DNA of 41,313 nucleotides from Octopus bimaculoides (lineage: Eukaryota), in assembly GCF_001194135.2 (NCBI RefSeq), contig NC_068986.1, positions 14,094,475 to 14,135,787 of the forward strand, given 5' to 3'. Below the pieces are notes generated by a model. The model was given only the letters and a program-made list of their open reading frames with translations. It did not search any database and was not told the DNA's origin. Of the stretch, positions 23,514 to 34,729 are shown in pieces (position 1 is the stretch's first letter; every line of letters begins with the position of its first letter). Both the position numbers and the translations under genes were made by a program.

Positions 23514-23654
23514 CTTTCCTTTCCTACTCTGGGCACAAGGCCCGAAATTTAGAGGGAAAGGACAAGTAGAATAGATCAACTCCAGTATGTAACTGGTACT
23601 TAATTTATCGACCCCGAAAGGTTGAAAGGCAAAGTCGACCTCGGGCGGAATATG
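23514..23654 (-). mobile_element. 5'-truncated SINE family B (type 2 tail) with a 13-bp TSD
   Basis: cccacaaaatatt at 23501-23513 and 23655-23667; body gtacttaatttatcgaccccgaaagg...aaagtcgacctcgg. Confidence 0.9.
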
Positions 23655-23712
23655 CCCACAAAATATTGAGCAATGAACACAACAGGACTGTATGCATGTA
23701 TGTATAAACACA

Positions 23713-23759
<47 letters not shown>

Positions 23760-23761
<2 letters not shown>

Positions 23762-24705
23762 GCAAGATACAAGTTAGAGGTTATGCAACCATCTAAGGGA
23801 TAGATGTATCCGTAGGCACTCCTGGTGTATTACCTCACTATGTATTGTCCTCGTTATAAGTTATACGGTAGTAGGTAATTTAAACGCAAAACCGTGGTTT
23901 AATATACATAGAGAAGATAAGAAATGGAGCAATAATTAACAATGAGAAGTGGATCATTGGTGTTTAAAAGTCATTATTTAATAGAATTTGGAACGATTTA
24001 CAGCTGTTTCTGTTTATTATATCGGAGTAAATTTACATTTACCTCGTTACATTTAATAAACACCTTCAGAATGGATAGAGGGAATGAAAGGCAAAGAAAA
24101 AGGAAACGAAAAGCTCGTTAAAGTCTGTAGGCTTATATGTTAGTGACTTGTGAATCTCCACGTGTTAGTAGATTCCATCATTAGATGCGTGTGACAATAA
24201 GTGGGGACAGTGACTATTTGACCGGCGGTGTTGACCGAAGGAGTTATACGTGGTGGGGATATCTGGTGTTGTTATTAGAAATAAGTAACGGTAATTTGTG
24301 GCTTCCAAGTTAGTTTTTGTAATTACAAGGGAAGCCCTTGTTGAAACTAAGGATGCTATTACAATTTGTATGATATAATGTGCATATACGGGTTATGTAA
24401 AGGAATTGTAACAAGAATTAAAGAATACAAAAGAATCATTAAACTCAATAGAAAAATTATAACGTGTAGTGTGAGTCGGTAGTCTAGCTATCAAATGAAA
24501 TTTAATATAAGATTTAGGCCGTATTGTACTACGTAGATTATAATATATAGTTCGGTAATCGGGGTATTTGGTTTAAAATGTGAAGTGAAGTTAGGTTATG
24601 TGGTAAGTGGGATAGTAAGGGGAGGTAATAAGATGTTAAGGAGGTCTGTTAATAACCTGTAATGTAGGGATTAGCGATATCTAAAGAATAAGTAGGGTTT
24701 AACGA
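23760..24705 (-). mobile_element. Penelope-like terminal-repeat remnant between microsatellites
   Basis: Contains the hammerhead motif at 23994-24074, followed on the minus strand by attaaa and a pyrimidine-rich run, as at 13021-13150. No ORF recognised; the boundaries are taken from the flanking microsatellites. Confidence 0.45.
23994..24074 (-). ncRNA. Type I hammerhead-like motif
   Basis: Minus strand: CCATT CTGAAGG TGTTTATTA [34 nt] TAATAAACA GAAAC AGCT GTA AATCG. Stem II 9 bp perfect, stem I 4/5 paired, A9->G change. Confidence 0.65.
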
Positions 24706-24716
24706 GATAGATAAAT

Positions 24717-24763
<47 letters not shown>

Positions 24764-25249
24764 GAGAGAGAAGGAGAGAGAGCATGGTGAATATATACAT
24801 ATATAAATATGTGTATATATACACGCGTATTTATGTGTGTGTGTTTATGTTTGTGTATTTACGTATGTGTATATACACAACGTATTTATGTGTTGTGTGT
24901 GTGTATGCTTTGTGCCATGTTGTCCGTCTTTTAGAGCTGATAAAACATATACCAGCTGAACACTGGGGTCGATGTGATTGACGGAAAACGGAATATAGTA
25001 GAAAATCTACTGCTTATTTTGATATATATATACATATATAATCTTTCTAAGATCAAAGAGAAAGGGATTCAGTGAATAAATATGAGCCCGCCTAAAAAGA
25101 CAACAGGAATTAGACGCCATAGCACAATCCACAGTATCATTTATAAAAGCAAACTATTGATTTCCAGCCATTTTGATGGAGTTTGTAAGTGGGTTGTGGG
25201 TCGGCTAGATATAATAAAAAATCCTATCTGTTGCATAGAGATGGCTTCA

Positions 25250-25514
25250 TAACGGAGGACATTAAATAAGTCTTGCAATATTTTAGTAATTTATTTGCCT
25301 TATTGATCAAGTTACAGTAAAAGCAGCGTAGCATTCAAAGTAGAGGCCATCTTGTTGCACCGTCTGAGGCCACCGTTCTGTCAGCTCTTTGAAACCCCGC
25401 TGATACCAGTTCTTAGCCTTCGAGCCTAAGAACTACTTCACTGATGAAAGTTCGCGAGCTCAAGACGTGAGCAATGAATCGGAGCACGTAATAATCCGGG
25501 AGAGACATATTCCC
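25250..25514 (-). pseudogene. Mariner 3' relic (PSDY region to 3' TIR)
   Basis: Minus translation PDYYVLRFIAHVL...VK*FLGSKAKNWYQRGFKELTERWPQTVQQDGLYFE; TIR-like taacggaggacattaaataagtcttgcaata. Confidence 0.85.
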
Positions 25515-26118
25515 CGCAATCTAAATGGGCACAAGTAATGGTTAAGCAAGGACCAGCTTCCGCAACCTGTCACCAAACATAAGCGTTTCGAATACAATCT
25601 GATGCTCTGCGTCCGATGGAATTATGAGGCGCTAATTCACTGAAAGTTCGTTCCAGACGATCGAATCATCGATGCTAACCTGTACTCTATCATTTGAAGA
25701 GGATGTATGTCAGTTTTCGGCAAAAATATCCGATATTGTTTAACAGAAAGCGAGCAAAACATCCCAAGCAGCAAAACAACCCAAGATCTCATACCACTCG
25801 AACGACCCGGAATAAACACCAGGAACTTGAGAGAATCGAACTGCCAGCTTATAGTCCGGATCTAACTCTTTCGGATTATTACTTATTCCGATCCATGGCA
25901 CTTCAATAAGCAAGAAGAGGTGGGAGTTTCAACGAAGGAATTCGCCTCAAAGGGCAAGAACTGGTATCAGCGTGGAATCAAGGATCTGGCAGAAAAGTGG
26001 CTCCAGACGGTGCAACACGAAGGCCTCTACTTTGGATGCCCGGCTGCTGTTGTTGTAAATTGACCAAGAAAGCAAATAAGTCACCAGAATATTGCAAAAC
26101 TTTTGACTGAGCGCCATA
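25515..26118 (+). pseudogene. Mariner transposase relic: second half of the catalytic domain, C-terminus and 3' TIR
   Basis: LMLCVRWNYEALIH*KFVPDDRIIDANLYS / QQNNPRSHT...PAYSPDLTLSDYYLFRSMA (YSPDLAPSD motif) / KNWYQRGIKDLAEKWLQTVQHEGLYF; stops and frameshifts. Confidence 0.92.
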
Positions 26119-26816
26119 GACACCGGCTAAATCATTCGATATGCTTACTATTGGAAAGCCTTTAACTGGAGAGGGTTTAGGGTTAGACAAGCACAACAAC
26201 AACGACAACCAAAAAAAAAAAAAAAAGAAAGGGATAGTAGACCAAATGAGAGCAGCAAGAATAAAAATAACAAAAAAAAAAGAACTTTATCAGGGGTAGC
26301 GGCAAGTGGAGCAGTCAGAACGACGATGGCAGAAACAAATACAACAACGACAACAAAAACGGCAACAACTATTGTAAACGATATTCAAAAATCAAAATTC
26401 ACAAACATCTCCATGAATTCCGCTAACCATTAACAGATCGACGCCACTACTGCCATCATCACGCCATCAACGGCGACTCTGACAACAACAACAATAACAA
26501 AACAACAAGACCAACAACAACAACAAGATCATCTGTACTATGGCTATAATTTCCTAACCTATTATATATATGTCTGTAGATTTCTTCAATGCTTTTTGCT
26601 TAAGAGCGATATTAAGAATTAGAGTGTCCACCGTGACTGATAAAAAGAACTTTCTAGAAAGCTGTGTTTCGTCATCAAAGATTAATTATGGCTATAACTC
26701 ATCTAAGGTCTCCCATCTCGAACGAAGTAAGCACTCATTTATGACCTCGTGATAATAGAATCTCGGAAGATGTTTATATATGTTGTCAGTATACGTATGT
26801 ATTTATGTATATATAA

Positions 26817-26857
<41 letters not shown>

Positions 26858-27832
26858 NNNNNNNNNNNNNNNNNNNNNNNNNNNNNNNNNNNNNNNNNNN
26901 NNNNNNNNNNNNNNNNNNNNNNNNNNNNNNNNNNNNNNNNNNNNNNNNNNNNNNNNNNNNNNNNNNNNNNNNNNNNNNNNNNNNNNNNNNNNNNNNNNNN
27001 NNNNNNNNNNNNNNNNNNNNNNNNNNNNNNNNNNNNNNNNNNNNNNNNNNNNNNNNNNNNNNNNNNNNNNNNNNNNNNNNNNNNNNNNNNNNNNNNNNNN
27101 NNNNNNNNNNNNNNNNNNNNNNNNNNNNNNNNNNNNNNNNNNNNNNNNNNNNNNNNNNNNNNNNNNNNNNNNNNNNNNNNNNNNNNNNNNNNNNNNNNNN
27201 NNNNNNNNNNNNNNNNNNNNNNNNNNNNNNNNNNNNNNNNNNNNNNNNNNNNNNNNNNNNNNNNNNNNNNNNNNNNNNNNNNNNNNNNNNNNNNNNNNNN
27301 NNNNNNNNNNNNNNNNNNNNNNNNNNNNNNNNNNNNNNNNNNNNNNNNNNNNNNNNNNNNNNNNNNNNNNNNNNNNNNNNNNNNNNNNNNNNNNNNNNNN
27401 NNNNNNNNNNNNNNNNNNNNNNNNNNNNNNNNNNNNNNNNNNNNNNNNNNNNNNNNNNNNNNNNNNNNNNNNNNNNNNNNNNNNNNNNNNNNNNNNNNNN
27501 NNNNNNNNNNNNNNNNNNNNNNNNNNNNNNNNNNNNNNNNNNNNNNNNNNNNNNNNNNNNNNNNNNNNNNNNNNNNNNNNNNNNNNNNNNNNNNNNNNNN
27601 NNNNNNNNNNNNNNNNNNNNNNNNNNNNNNNNNNNNNNNNNNNNNNNNNNNNNNNNNNNNNNNNNNNNNNNNNNNNNNNNNNNNNNNNNNNNNNNNNNNN
27701 NNNNNNNNNNNNNNNNNNNNNNNNNNNNNNNNNNNNNNNNNNNNNNNNNNNNTATATACATATATATATACGTATATATATATATGTATGTATATACATA
27801 CATATATATATATAATATACATACATGTACAA

Positions 27833-27879
<47 letters not shown>

Positions 27880-28275
27880 CCCGTTATATATCTTGATACA
27901 TAGTTTCACATATACCTTAAGGCATACATTTACATACACGCTAATACTCATATTGACTCACATTGACACACATTCAAGCACATAGATGTGTGTACGTCCC
28001 TGTGTATTTGTCTGTGTGCCTCTGTGTGTTTGTGTGACAGGTAATAGATATATGTGTGTGCATTTTTTAATGTTTTTATGTCTCCACATTGAAAGTTTCC
28101 TTCTCCCTATTTCTCTCTCTCTTTGTTTCTCTCTCTCACTCAAACACACACAACTCACACACACAACTCACACACACACACATGCACTCACAACACAAAA
28201 ACATACTCTCTCTCTCACGCGCGCTTATTCTCTCTTTCCCATATGTAATACCAAATATATTTATGTTTTCGTGTG

Positions 28276-28309
<34 letters not shown>

Positions 28310-28372
28310 AATAATTATATATGTCTATATATGTGTGTGTGTATATATCGGTAAATGTGAATATATAACTTG

Positions 28373-28378
<6 letters not shown>

Positions 28379-28426
<48 letters not shown>

Positions 28427-28566
28427 TAATAATAAATTAATGGACATTTATTCATCCACATACACACTGAGATGCATACAAATTTGATTGTAAAGTAAAT
28501 ACAGACACGCCCATGCGCACATACACACGTACATTCAAACATAGAGACGTAAATGCGAAGGCCAAC

Positions 28567-28642
<76 letters not shown>

Positions 28643-28833
28643 GTCTGTCTGTCTGTCTGTCTAACTGTCTGTACGCTTGTTTGTCTGTCTATCTATTTTT
28701 CTATCTATCATCTCTCCCTCTCTCTCTCTCTTTCTCTCTCTCTCTCTTTTCTCCCTCTCTCTTTCTCTCTCTCTCTTTCTCTCTCTCTCTCTATTTATCT
28801 ATCTCTCTTTCTCTCTTTCTCTTTCTCTCTCTT

Positions 28834-28893
<60 letters not shown>

Positions 28894-28920
28894 TGTCTCT
28901 CTTTCTCTCTCTCTCTATGT
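28379..28920. repeat. (AAT)n, (ATCT)n/(GTCT)n and long (CT)n microsatellite block
   Basis: Direct reading. Confidence 0.9.
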
Positions 28921-29081
28921 ATCTATCTATCAGCGTGTCTGTCAGTCTGCCCGTCCGTCTGTCTATTTACCTCCCTATATCAACACTCGATTAATTATCT
29001 CACCTATCTCCATACTCACGTACACACACACTCAAACACACACACANNNNNNNNNNCATACTCACGCACACACACACTCAA

Positions 29082-29113
<32 letters not shown>

Positions 29114-29303
29114 ACACACTCGCTCTGTCTCTTTCTCTCTTTCTTCTCATTCTCTCTTTTTCTTTTCTCTAAGTCAGTAGAGTCCAACTTGAGGAAAAAT
29201 TCTCTACTTTTTCTAGCGTGTCATCCAAACACTTTGCGGATCCTACTTTGGCTCGCATATGTTCAAGTCACCTACAGCTATACAGTATAGACATATCACT
29301 CAA

Positions 29304-29689
29304 GGTGCAGGAGTAGCTGTGTGGTAAGAAACTTGCTTTCCAGTCACATGGTTCCGGGTTCAGTCCCAGTGTTTGACACTATAGACGGGGTTGACCAAAG
29401 CCATGGGAGTGAATTTGGTAGACGGAAACTGAAAGAAGCCCGTCGTATATATATGTGTATGCATGTATGCATTTGTGTGTATGTGTTCCCCCCCCCCCCC
29501 ATCAATTGACAACCAACGTTGGCGTTTTAACGTCCTAGTAATCTAGTGGTTCGGCAAGAGACCGATGGAATAAGTACCAGGCTTACAAAGAATAAGTCCT
29601 GGGGTCGATTTCTTCTATTAGCAGACGGTGCTCCAGCATGGCCGCAGTTAAATGACTGAAACGAAAACAAATAAAAGAATAAAAGAATA
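29304..29689 (+). mobile_element. SINE family A, most complete copy in the window
   Basis: A-box-like tagctgtgtgg, B-box-like ggttcagtcc, central TA/TG tract, tail gacggtgctccagcatggccgcagttaaatgactgaaac and (ATAAAAGA)n end. Confidence 0.92.
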
Positions 29690-29691
29690 TG

Positions 29692-29908
29692 TGAGGAGGT
29701 GCTGAAAAGTTCCTGGGTTTAAGGACGTCATGAAAGTCTTGGTTGGAGACCCAACTATCCGAGTTCTTTTGCAGAACTTTAAAAAAACCCTGTTGAACCG
29801 CTGCAATAAGTGCGTGGATGTGAGAGACGAATATGTTGAATAAAATCATAACTAATTGATTCTGTATTTTCTTTTACTCAAAGCCAGGAACTTGTCAGCG
29901 CCTCCTCC
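29692..29908 (+). mobile_element. Mariner-derived MITE (~217 bp) with 30-bp TIRs
   Basis: 29692-29721 versus the reverse complement of 29879-29908 match at 25/30; TA at 29909-29910; the interior encodes LLNRCNKCVDVRDEYVE* (mariner C-terminus). Confidence 0.85.
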
Positions 29909-30539
29909 TATTGCGAATCAGCATTGGTTGCTGGTTAGACTACAACGACAAATTACTTGGAGCTAGTGTATTGTTTTTAATATACTGTGCAATACTCGTA
30001 GTCGGTGTCGTTTTTACAACTTAACGACACGACAGCTGGTTGTTAAATACTCTCGCCAGGCATCTATTTCCAAACAAATGACACTACGAAGCAGCAACAG
30101 TCTACCTAGTCATGATCATATTTTCATTTAACTCTTGATAAAATAATATTCTCAAAATTTACTATGACGAATTACATTGCTGTTGTTTCAGGAATGGATT
30201 TTCAATAAAAGATTTGAAATAAAATACGTTCCCGCCGTGACAATATTTATTTTAAGATGTGTATAATGCATTATCAAAACGTGATTTGATTTAGATTTAG
30301 CTACTATTTCCAATAAGCTGAGCGACCCGATGGTGGTGACAGTGTAGGTTGTCGTTAATTAAATTCAGGTGACTTAGAGATATATGGATTGTTCTGTAAA
30401 AAGTTAAGGCTTTGAGAGCAACTGACGTTCTAATTGTAGCTGTGTGACTCATGCTTATTTCGTTTGAATTATTCCTTAACTGTGAAATGGTTGAAGCCAA
30501 ACTAATAGGAAAACGAATGCTCATACACACACACACACA

Positions 30540-30582
<43 letters not shown>

Positions 30583-30804
30583 ACACACACATATATAGTA
30601 GTAACAGAAAAGATGGAATTTCGATTATCCCCACGTGATGAGTTGTAATATATATAAGAAATTAAAAATGGCAAATACACACACTTTTCATAGTTTTAAT
30701 ATAATTTTTAATATATCGACTGGTTTCGCTTTCGCTATTCATGATATTAAGGTTTAGTGATTTGAATATGTATTTTCTTACGAAGAAATCTTTGTCCATG
30801 TTGT

Positions 30805-30989
30805 GTGTGATGATATTTACGAGTGAATGACTCCACAAGTAGGAAAATACTGTTTCACGAAGTTTCTGGAGCACTACAACAAAAGCATCAAAACCCGGGG
30901 ACCCCACTTTGAACGAAAGTAGGAGATTTGAGGTTTGTATTTTTTGTCTCGCATGGAAAGGTCCCAAAACTTCTGAAATGCACCATGTA
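30805..30989 (+). pseudogene. Mariner 3' relic with TIR
   Basis: GKYCFTKFLEHYNKSIKTRGPHFERK* resembles mariner C-termini; ends ggtcccaaaacttctgaaatgcaccatg followed by TA. Confidence 0.65.
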
Positions 30990-31754
30990 TGTATAATATG
31001 CGGCGTTAGAATATTCACATTTGCGAAGATTTTTACCCGTGGCTTGAACTATAATCTTGAACACCAGTTTCACTGTCACGTTTCACGCTCTACTCGTTGT
31101 TTGTCTAGTAACATGTCTGTCGCAATTCGTTGAAAACCTGACACAGAAAATTTATAAATTTATTTCAAATTGTCTTGCATTCAAATATTCTTGCAGTCTT
31201 GCATTCTGTCATATTCACTTATCTCAGAAATTGGAGTAAAGTGGCGGCCCAGTTGAACCCCTTAAAGAAAAATAATTCAGTTATAGAGAATCTACAGAAT
31301 CTACAGTAAAATTGCATAAATAACGATATATTATCTTGAAGCAACATCAGACGAACTTAAGAGAAGTAGTGTACAGGCGCTTGACTTTCTCATTCTCGCC
31401 ATATAGACACGACATAAGTTACTTTTTGATAGATTACTAGTGTTAAGTTGTTAAACGTCATTTGTCAGACTTTCAGACATATGCCTGAAGGATGTCGTTT
31501 GCCATTTCTGTTCAGACAGATGGAAATATTTACGTTGACTTTGCAATATTTAACGTACTTCCGTTTTCAAAAGTAGATGCATTTTATAGAAATACATTAA
31601 TGTTTAAGACAAATGATTCCGTTAACTCGTTTAAGTCCGTGTTTCTATATTACGGCAGATAAATTGTGTGGGCACAAACACGCACATACATGTATTACGA
31701 ATGTATCTTTTATCTTACACTTGTTTTAGTCATTGGACTGCAGTCATACTGAGT

Positions 31755-31951
31755 TTTCGCCGAGCAAAATGCTTAGTGCAATTGCGCCCGTTGCTATGTT
31801 CTGAGTTCAAATTCTGCCGAGGTCGAATTTGCCTTTCATCCTTTCGCAGTCGATAAATTGAGTACCAGTTGCATATTGGAGTCGATCGTATCGACTGCCC
31901 CCGCCCACTCCACCAAATTTCAGGCCTTGTGCCTATAGTAGAAAGGATTAT
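31755..31951 (+). mobile_element. SINE family B (type 2 tail), next to a minus-strand SINE A tail fragment at ~31705-31752
   Basis: ttctgagttcaaattctgccgaggtcgaatttgcctttcatcc...caggccttgtgcctatagtagaaaggattat. Confidence 0.88.
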
Positions 31952-31964
31952 GCAAGCATATACA

Positions 31965-32297
31965 GGGGTGAGCTAGCAGAATCATTAGCGGGCCGGGAAA
32001 AATGCTTTGCGGCATTTCGTCCGTCTTTATGTTCTGAGTTCAAATCCCGCCGTGGTCAACTTTACCTTTCACCCTTTCGCGGTCCAGCTGGCAGAATCGT
32101 TAGCGTGCTGAGCGAAATGCTTAGTGGTATTTCGCCCGTTGCTACGTTCCGAGTTCAAATTCCGCCAAGGTCGACTTTGCCATTCATCTTTTCGGGATCG
32201 ATAAATTAAGTACCAGTTGCGTACTGGAGATCGATATCATCGAGTATCCTTCTCCGAACAACGTCCAGGCCTTGTGTCTATAGCAGAACGGATTATA
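31965..32297 (+). mobile_element. SINE family B dimer (truncated monomer 31965-32084 plus full monomer 32085-32297) with a TSD
   Basis: caagcatataca at 31953-31964 and 32298-32309. Confidence 0.85.
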
Positions 32298-32597
32298 CAA
32301 GCATATACATATAGACACAAAATTTCACACATAATCTCACACTTTCTGTTTCTCTCTTTCTTACACACACATCCATTTATATGTATACACACACAACATA
32401 CACATAATTCCAACGTCACAGATTTAAAAGAAGCCTTGTGTCTTTAGCAGAACGGATTATACAAGCATATACATATAGACACAAAATTTCACACATAATC
32501 TCACACTTTCTGTTTCTCTCTTTCTTACACACACATCGATTTATATGTATACACACACAACATACACATAATTCCAACGGTCACAGATTTAAAAGAA
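32269..32597 (+). repeat. 164-bp near-perfect tandem duplication
   Basis: 32269-32432 versus 32433-32597: two substitutions and one 1-bp insertion. Confidence 0.92.
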
Positions 32598-33272
32598 GCT
32601 ATGTTTGGCCACTTAGAATAAAGACCACAAAGATAAGCCTGAGAGAGAATAAAATAATTAAACCATAACAGTAAGTTCGTCAGTCCGACAAAATTAACGT
32701 ATATTTTGTTGTATTAACGATTATGTATTATACACAGGCTCGTGTGTGCGCGCACACACACACGCACTCACACACACACTGCAAATACAAACACATACAC
32801 ATACAAAGAGGTTCAGAGACACCATTACGTGGCAAAGAAGTTCATTTACTTAGAAACGATATGATTTCGGGTGCAGTCAAACTCTGATCGATCGTCTTCA
32901 TGTGTCTATCTCCGATGTGTTATGCACTATGATTGAATTTGGCGGGTGGAAACTGTCGGACTTTCTGGAATTAGCAATCTGTTTCGTTATTTGCCGTGAC
33001 GAAAATAATTGCGGCCTCAACACGCGAAGCAAATTAACAACATGACATACAATGAGTCTATGCTTCAGATTACAAGAATTTAATTGCCTTTGTTTGATGC
33101 AAGCAAACTGTAGGCAAAATAGCTGAAGTACCTGCAACTGGCCATTGAGAGAAGCACAACCATTCTATAATATTTGTGGTTTTTAGAATCTTAAGTGTTC
33201 CGGTATACACTGAGTTACATGTTATGTCCTCACGAGGGAACGCGTACAGAGTTGACCTACAGGTTGAAATTA

Positions 33273-33509
33273 GGAGTAAAGATTATTTGCCAACATAACA
33301 TGGCAGTCCTGGTTTAGGACAAATGGTGCTGTAATTTAGCCCCAGGAGACATCGTCTCCAGCTGGCTATACGACACGATCTGTGTCCTTATATTTTTGAA
33401 CAGATCGTGTCGTAAGGCAGCTGGAGACGATGTCTCCTAGAACTAAATTGCAGCAACATTAGTCCTAAACCAGGACTGCCATGTTATGTTGGCAAACAAT
33501 CTTTACCCC
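33273..33509. mobile_element. Foldback/MITE-like hairpin, ~110-bp arms, 16-nt spacer
   Basis: 33273-33383 versus the reverse complement of 33400-33509: about 10 differences, with identical runs of 35, 21 and 15 nt. Confidence 0.85.
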
Positions 33510-34729
33510 AAAGTACTATTGCTGAATATCTCTCGTTGTGAGATTTACAAATAGTAATTTTCTAAGGTTGAAATTAGTTGCCCATTTCTCTTAAAACCGT
33601 GTCTTTATGTTCCCAAAAGAAACATCAGTAGATGATATAGTCCAAGATACACTGTGTCTGTAACAAAGAAAAAACAAGAGCCAAAAAAAAACATAGGATA
33701 GTCAAGGTCGAAATACTGTGACGATTGGTTTGCCTGATCACCTATTCAATCGAAGCAGAAATGGAGTTAAACAACTAGAGTCGTGAGTCCGTATTTTCTC
33801 CCCAGAAGGACTTGTTCTATGCAATTACAAGCAATAACAATGAATATTAAACATACAATGAATGCAGATATAACAAATTGGCTTCAGGTTAGCTAGTTAT
33901 AAAATAGATTGCATAGAACCAAGACATAGTTCAGCACTTCATATCAAGAAACCCAGTTATGCTAAGGAGATGCTTTTGTTAGCTTTCATTGTTACAATCA
34001 AATCATTGTACGCTCTAGGTCAGTAAGTCTCGCTGTATAATCAAGTTTCAACGAGTTCTTTCTTCCTCACGACGAACGAGAAATAACTACTTTATATGAA
34101 AGACATAGCTACGATAAAGAAATTGAAACCTCCTTATTTCGTCCAATTTAGCCTTCTTGTTTAACCCTAAATTAGTTCTGCTTCACACGATATATGATCA
34201 AAAGCGATGCAGCGATGATTATAGCGTTCATTCGCAGGCATTGGGTTATATTTCCTGATGTGTGCTGGTTATATTTTTTTTATTCATTTCTGAAAGATGC
34301 TGTGCCAGTTGAATGAAATTTGACTGATATTTCGAGCAGGGTAAATAGATGTGAGGTGACTTATGCGTTGGCTTGGATATTTTCTAATTCAGTGGCGCGT
34401 ATTCTCACCAGCATCTTCGTCTGGGCATTATATCACGAGTCCTGGGATGGGATTTATAGGGCCGGCTAATCAATTTTAATGGTGTATACGTGACCGAGGT
34501 CATAACATTCCTCTTAAACAAGACATTAGTTTATCGTGGGGTTGCTAATTTGAAGTTGGATGAGCTGGAACAAGGTGAAATGTTTTGTTCACGAGGTTTC
34601 ATCTTGTAATCTGGCCTTATGATAAAATATATTGTTTTAAGATATTGGTTGAACTGAAGTTATCGGTAATTATTTCCAGTATGGCTAACAAATAGTTCGT
34701 TTGATTTACATATGAGTCACTTACGGCTG

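Noticed and set aside
25441-25447. CTGATGA hammerhead-like heptamer
   Set aside because: It lies inside antisense mariner coding sequence, with no properly placed stems or GAAA-NUH.
26173-26186. Telomere-like gggtttagggttag
   Set aside because: Only about two units; expected by chance.
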